Positions 58,255 through 64,000 of a stretch of 64,000 nt of DNA are shown piece by piece. The notes beneath the pieces are model-generated. The model made no database searches. It was not told the origin of the DNA and saw only the letters and a list, made by a program, of their open reading frames with translations. Made by a program: the position numbers and the translations under genes. Origin of the DNA: Marsupella aquatica (lineage: Eukaryota > Plantae > Marchantiophyta); NCBI GenBank assembly GCA_973895155.1, contig OZ316895.1, positions 13,441,186 to 13,505,185 on the forward strand. Reading direction: 5' to 3'. Every line of letters begins with the position of its first letter. Within the stretch, counting starts at the first letter, position 1.

Positions 58255-61200
58255 TGTAGTTTGCTATGAAGAACCAAAAACACACTTAAAGGTCTTCAAA
58301 CTCGGTATTCGTTCCCGTAAAGAACAAGATGGGGTTGGTTTGATAGATTTGAACAATAATAAAGAACTAAAAATGTTTTCCACACATAGTAATCAAGTTT
58401 GATTACTTCACTAAGGTATTTTGAAGATCGCTCCACAGCGGTGAGTAGTTTTCAATGATAACTCAGCATCAGGTAACCATAAATTAATGAAAAAGGAATG
58501 ATTAACAAAACATAAGAGAAAATAATCTCAAAGTACGCTAAGGGAGTTTGGAATAGACCAAGGTTACTCCTTAGACATAAGTCAAAATGAAAAGACTTAA
58601 GGATTCAAATCCATATTGTTTTTCAGATCTAAACTGCTTACTAGAGTACCTTTTAAAATGCCGTCAACATGTCTTATCCTTTCTTTCTAAGTGGTACTCA
58701 GATAAGATCTAAAAGGTAGCTACTTCAACATTTAGATGGTACTAAGCAACATGAAAGAAAATCCATCAATTTCAATGAGACTTAAACTCAATGAGTTAAC
58801 TTCAAGAACTCAAGAGATTGTAATGAGTCACCAATAAGGAATCTATCATTACAACTCAAAAGATTTGCACAAAAGGAATTTTACTTCCTGTGTTTATAAT
58901 CATAGGTAAAAACACAAGAAGGAGGTAAGTCTCTCCAAATGTTAAACCTGATCTCGAACTCATAGATTCATGATCAACTAGTTTAACACAAGGAAGAGGC
59001 AAAAATGCATAACTTAACCATAAACTACACTAGTGGTGGAGGGGTCTTGTAGTAAAAACCTACAGGGTAAGAGGTCATAGGGTCGAAGAGACATGCCTCT
59101 TCATACTCCTCAAAAAGTCAAAATAGCAATTCAGTAAGTGAAAAGCTGGGAAATGGCTAAGTAAGAACCCGTAAACCCTTAAAAGCGTAAAAACGTAAAA
59201 ACGTATAAGCGTAAAAGCGTAAAAGCGTAAAAGCGTATTCCGGTAAACTTAAAAACTTAGCAAATTCAACTATTTTTAACTTTCTATTCCTGGTCTGGAA
59301 AATTCTGAAATTTTGCCAGCAGGTTTTCCTAGGTATAGACTATATACTAAAGAAGTCTCATAGCTTTTAAAGCTCTATAACACATTTTGAAAAATAGGGA
59401 AAAAATCCCCTATTCTTAAAACTAACTAAAAAGACTTAGACTGCTCCTCAAGCTTGTTGTCGGATGTCTTCTGGTTCGAGTAGCTCCACGAGGGTAACAG
59501 TCCGAGCTTGAGTAACTTCCATCAGCTCAGCCTGGCGTGGGGATCCTCGAGAGTAGGGTAGGCATCTCAATTGCCTTTCAGGATACATCAGGGGCATTCT
59601 TCTCCTTAGATAACATATGTCTATTCGAAGAGCTTCTCTATATATCCCAATCATGTCATAATTATTGCAAGTAGCAGCATATACTTGGGGATAATGGTAT
59701 AGAAATTCATCAGAGTTCAGCATCCTGGAATAGAAAGGGTGAAGCCTCCATTTGACATCTCTGAAATACCGGTTGAAGTTGGCCAGAGTTTGAGAGGTGA
59801 CATTGTTCCAGATCCTCTATTTCTCAACAAATGAGCTGGTTGAAACAAGGGTAACCTTGGGCTCTCGAGGAAGGTAAGCGTTCTGGGGAGAAGTAGATTT
59901 CTTACTCTGCATGAGAAAAGAAACCACAAAATCTAGGGCATAAGCTGCCAAATTTCCAAAATATGCCAGAACTAAATTTGAATCCCCCACCTCCACATCT
60001 CCTTGAAGTAGCATCACAGCAAGAATGGGTCGGAAATAGAGAGAGTCAGTCCAGAACTCATCGAATTGTGCCATCTCCAGTCTGGAAGTTCCAAAACACC
60101 TGAGGTCGAAGATATAACTGGCTTATGTCTTCTTGAGATAGTAGTATTTCCAGAACTCTCCAATCGGTGGTCTGTTGGCTTGCATTATCTTACAGGTCTC
60201 CACATACCTGTGCACTTGGGACTCTGGATGTCTCGGGTATCTACTCTCGATGGTGGCATTCCGAGGTGTCTGAGTAGATGAGGTGACAACTGCTACTAAG
60301 TTTGGATTGGATCTTAAGGCAGTATCAACATCTTCAAATCCCTGCCTTGGTGTCAAACACTTGTCAAGGAGCTTAAGCATCTTTTCCCCTAAAAAACTAC
60401 CTAATACTTGCTCCATGTCATACCAGGGTCACAAAGGATTGACAAAACTTCTGAAATGTGCATGCAAGGTCTAAGTACACCATACACAAGTAGTTTCAAC
60501 TCTCCACTTCTAGAGAGGTAGTCACCTTGACTACTTTTGCACTCCCACTCTTTCTCTCTCCTCTACTCCAAGGATTAGCAAGGGGGATATCCACTCCAAG
60601 CTGTCACCTTAGAGTAGACCCTAAAACAAACACCCAAGAACCCCAAGTACTTTTCTCTTCAAGCTTAAGTCCCCTCAAGATCCTCAAGGTAGTGTTACCC
60701 CTTAACCTTGCCCCCCTGGGCCTTGGTTTGGGTCCACACACCCCCTTGAGCTCTAGAAAAACTCTTCTTGCAAAGAACTCTTCCTCTTGGTTCTCACACA
60801 AGGAAGGTACTTTCCACCCTCAAGATACAATCCTCTCTAAACCCCAAAGTAGTGCTCCACCTTAACCTTGCCTCCCTGGCCTTGGTTGTGTACCAGCACA
60901 TTCCCTTCACGATTAGACCAAGATTGCATCCTAGCATGGACTCTTCTCTTGCTCTCAAATACTTCACATTTAGTCACACTTAGTGGTCACAATGAAGATT
61001 GGAAGAATCCTTTTATTGTATACTCAATCTTTACATAAAAGGTCACTACACACTCTCCACACTAAGCATGGACCTCCTTCCCCTTCTCAATCTTAGCCCC
61101 AACTTGCAAGGTAGAGCTTACACTTAAGAATGAGACTTCTGGTCCTCAACAAATGAAATCTTCCACCTTATATACTATTCTCTTTTCACACCACACCAAG

Positions 61201-64000
61201 CTTGACCTGGGGTCCAACTATATCTCCCCCAAGTCCTCCTAACACACCAAGTCCAAACTATAGTTCATAGCTCACTCTACAACCTATTGCTTGACTCCTT
61301 CCAAGCCCTGGAATATGCCACACATGAGTTGCATGCTTTGACCACCAAACCTGCTCCCACTTATGGTCCTCTTCATCAGATTTCCAACGCACTTGAAAGC
61401 TCGCAAAAAGAGTACTTGAGTCCAAAGTTATGCCTAGTCAAAGTTGGCCTTATTTGACTTGTACCCCTTATACTAGCCTAAGCAAACTACCCTCTATACT
61501 CACTTCTATTAACTTGATGGCCTTGCATCTTCGACCAAAGGTAAGTACCCTTCCCTAGAGCCTTACTAAAGTGGTATGGGTACCCAAAGTGTTTGGCCCT
61601 ACATCTGGTATTCATTCCCCCTTGGCAGCTCCCGTTTGCAAGCTAGCGGGACCCCCCATGGTGACGGTTTAAAATATCTCTGGGTATTTCTTTTCCTGGG
61701 TTTCTACCTTCACTCAACGATGCTTTACCTTCCCTTGAATCGGCACAAAAAATATGGGCCCCAACGGATGCCCCTAGCTCAAGTTATGGCATTTTCCCTC
61801 TCTCAATCCCTTATGTACAAAAGGGCTCCGAATTACACTGTCATAGGTCCCGGTTTATACTTATGTGTATACCAGGTGTCGACCTGAGAGAGTTCCTCAT
61901 AAGGTCCAGTCTTTCCAAAAGCTATAGAGCTTAGCATCGTGCCTGATTGTGCAGCTGATTTGAGGATGATTCCTTGACTAATTGCTTGACTGATTTTTGC
62001 AGTAGCTTCTCCTCTGATTTATGACTGAGTCCCTTCTAATTGTTGGGCTAAATTGTGATTGATTTGCTCAGGAGTAGCCATAGCTCACAACTGCTGTAAA
62101 TTGTAGCAGCTGGTCAATTCTCAGCACATGGATTCTCAATTGCCAGCCATTCTCTTTTGAATTTACTCAGCACAAGCTTACCTACCCGCAGATTGAATCA
62201 GCCAGCACATTGAATCAGCCAGTAGAGTGAATCAGCCAGCAACATCCATGTTTTCCTTGGCAGCAAGCTCTATAGTCTATGTAGTGCCTGCCCTTTCTCA
62301 ATTTGTCAGCATCCAGGCAGAGATCACGTTTACTAGACAGCTGCTGCATCAATTTCACATTGCCTAAGTTAGCCGATCTCGTGCTGGAGCAACAATAGCC
62401 CACCATAGATTTTCCACCATGTGATTTCATAGTCTAATCACTCAACTCGCAGCCGCCCTCGTGCTTAGACTCCTTCCTGCCTCGTGCTAGGCTCGTCGCA
62501 GCCGCGTCGTCGCGTTTCCACACTTAGAAAAAATTTGGTTCTCTCGCGGGAGAAAACTTTGTACTAGCCCTTTTTAAAGCCATGGCACAAATCACCCATA
62601 GGTCTAAAAGAACTTCCGAGCATAGTTATGGGATCCTTGGACATAGGACTCCCTCCTGAATTTGTCAAACGCACTAAATACCCCGCACTGACTTTTCTAA
62701 AAATACCTAAGTTTGCCCATATCTATAGGTTGCATTACTTTTCCCAATCTTTGAGGTGCTCCCAAAAACTAACCAAAGTTGATAAACTACTTCTTAGACT
62801 TTCAAGGGATATTATGGGCTATACTATACCCAATTTTAACCTCGAACCAAAAATATCTACCCCTTGGCTAATTTCTCCGGGACCCGCTAGATGGTTATTT
62901 TAAGTTCAGCCAAAATACTCACAATTCCTAGGTTGAGATCCTACTTCACTTCATAATTTTGCAGGGTTCCCTAGGGACCTCCCCGCACCCATGGGAGAAA
63001 TATTAGCCAAAAATGAGATGTTAGGTGTTGGGTCATTTTCCGGTCCCGACTTAGTCGCCTATCCTAACTAAGGAAAGAATATTTGCTGCCCTACCATAAA
63101 GACCTCACTTATCCCTTTACATCTTCTTAGAACAACATATTTTTCCCTTCCATGATTCCCTACTATCCTTCCTTAGTGACTTAGGGTTGCAAACCCTAAG
63201 TACTTTACTAATGCTAAAATGTATTTCTTACTAACCTTGTACAAAAAGCAAAAAAAATGATGAGTTTCTTACATACCCTATTTTGAGCTAGTCCACACTT
63301 GGGGATGACTCAAGAGAATTATCATAAGATCTATAAGTTTCACCATCTGAGGGTGGATCAGAGTCTTCAGGTAGATCTTCTCTATCGTAAGGGTGGTCAT
63401 ATTGTGACCGATTGTAGGTGGGTCCTTCTGTGGGTTCGTAGTTGGAATCAGGGCTGTAAGGTTGCGAACCTGGGCTAGGAGTAGGACTAGCAGTTGGACA
63501 TTGTTGGATCAAGTTGCGGACCACAGATGCTATCTGTCGAGGTTCACACTATAGTATTTCTAACAAGTCATCCACATTGGCCACACAATTGGTACTATCT
63601 GCTAGTGGAACAGGTTCACTTGTTTCTAGGGGAGGGGGCTGTACAGTGACAGGAGTACAGATCACAAACTCCATTGGTGCTGGTTCTCTTGGGGAAGAGG
63701 TCATTCTGACAGGACTTAGCTGGTCATGAAATGGTGATCTCAAACTAACAGCCTCCATTCTCAAATTATTAACAGCATCATATAGTCCATCATCACTGCA
63801 ACTGAGGAGAGATGTCAACTTATCAATAAGCTGCTGATTTGACTCTCCCTTCGAAGGAGTGGACCTGGTGGTCTGATGGGGAGTAGCATCAGTTGGTGTA
63901 GCAACATCGTCTTGTTGATGAATGCTCCTTACTTCTTCAGCTTCTAGTGGATCTGCATCCATAGTCCGGCTAGGGAAATTCTCATTACTTATTGGATGAA
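58255..64000 (-). repeat. 5' LTR of element A (truncated by the window edge, interrupted by solo LTR C)
   Basis: Matches 4203-6504 and 32007 to ~32484; adjacent to the PBS. Confidence 0.93.
60351..63297. mobile_element. Solo LTR (or non-coding LTR derivative) of another family C, 2,947 bp
   Basis: TG...CA ends and 5-bp TSD CTTGG (60346-60350 and 63298-63302). The empty site is in the other LTR at ~6285. No credible ORF. Confidence 0.88.

Larger units (their letters stand above)
4203..64000 (-). mobile_element. Athila-like (non-chromovirus Ty3/gypsy) LTR retrotransposon A with several nested insertions; extends beyond the window
   Basis: Near-identical direct repeats start at 4203 and 58255. 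tRNA-Asp-type primer binding site (PBS) at 58226-58245, PPT at 33730-33742, gag-pol on the minus strand, RT motifs LDGYSGYNQ and FIDD. Confidence 0.93.

Noticed and set aside
60527-62903. Short ORFs within solo LTR C
   Set aside because: All are 112 aa or shorter with no motifs; unlike LTRs A and B, this unit appears non-coding.
58255-64000. Segmental duplication or misassembly of 4203-6504 and 32007-32484
   Set aside because: Explained as an LTR pair: bounded by PBS and PPT, with independent insertions and substitutions in each copy.

Overview
Eukaryotic, TE-only window with no host gene; probably a non-seed land plant such as a bryophyte (inference from the element types). It resolves into a nested stack supported by TIRs, LTR ends and target-site duplications (TSDs). 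A decayed Ty3/gypsy element with a PHD finger on its integrase (1-4202) was hit by a minus-strand Athila-like retrotransposon A (4203 to >64000, ~4-kb LTRs). A's 3' LTR holds a CACTA element (6505-32003), which holds a 12.6-kb DDE transposon S1 (10494-23046) and a 5'-truncated gypsy B. A's integrase holds a second giant DDE transposon S2 (34459-50896), which holds a solo LTR of family B. A's 5' LTR holds another solo LTR. Highlight 1: S1 and S2 are divergent Sola1-like transposons with 4-bp TSDs. Each carries a spliced gene fusing a ParB-like domain to a prokaryote-type beta-class DNA amino-methyltransferase (6mA/4mC fold), plus its own GGGAT...ATCCC palindrome arrays, concentrated in that gene's introns and nearby non-coding DNA. 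This is a candidate parS/ParB-like self-marking system. Highlight 2: families A and B carry 800-1200-codon ORFs entirely inside their LTRs, so solo LTRs keep the gene. All domain calls are by eye from motifs; no searches were run.
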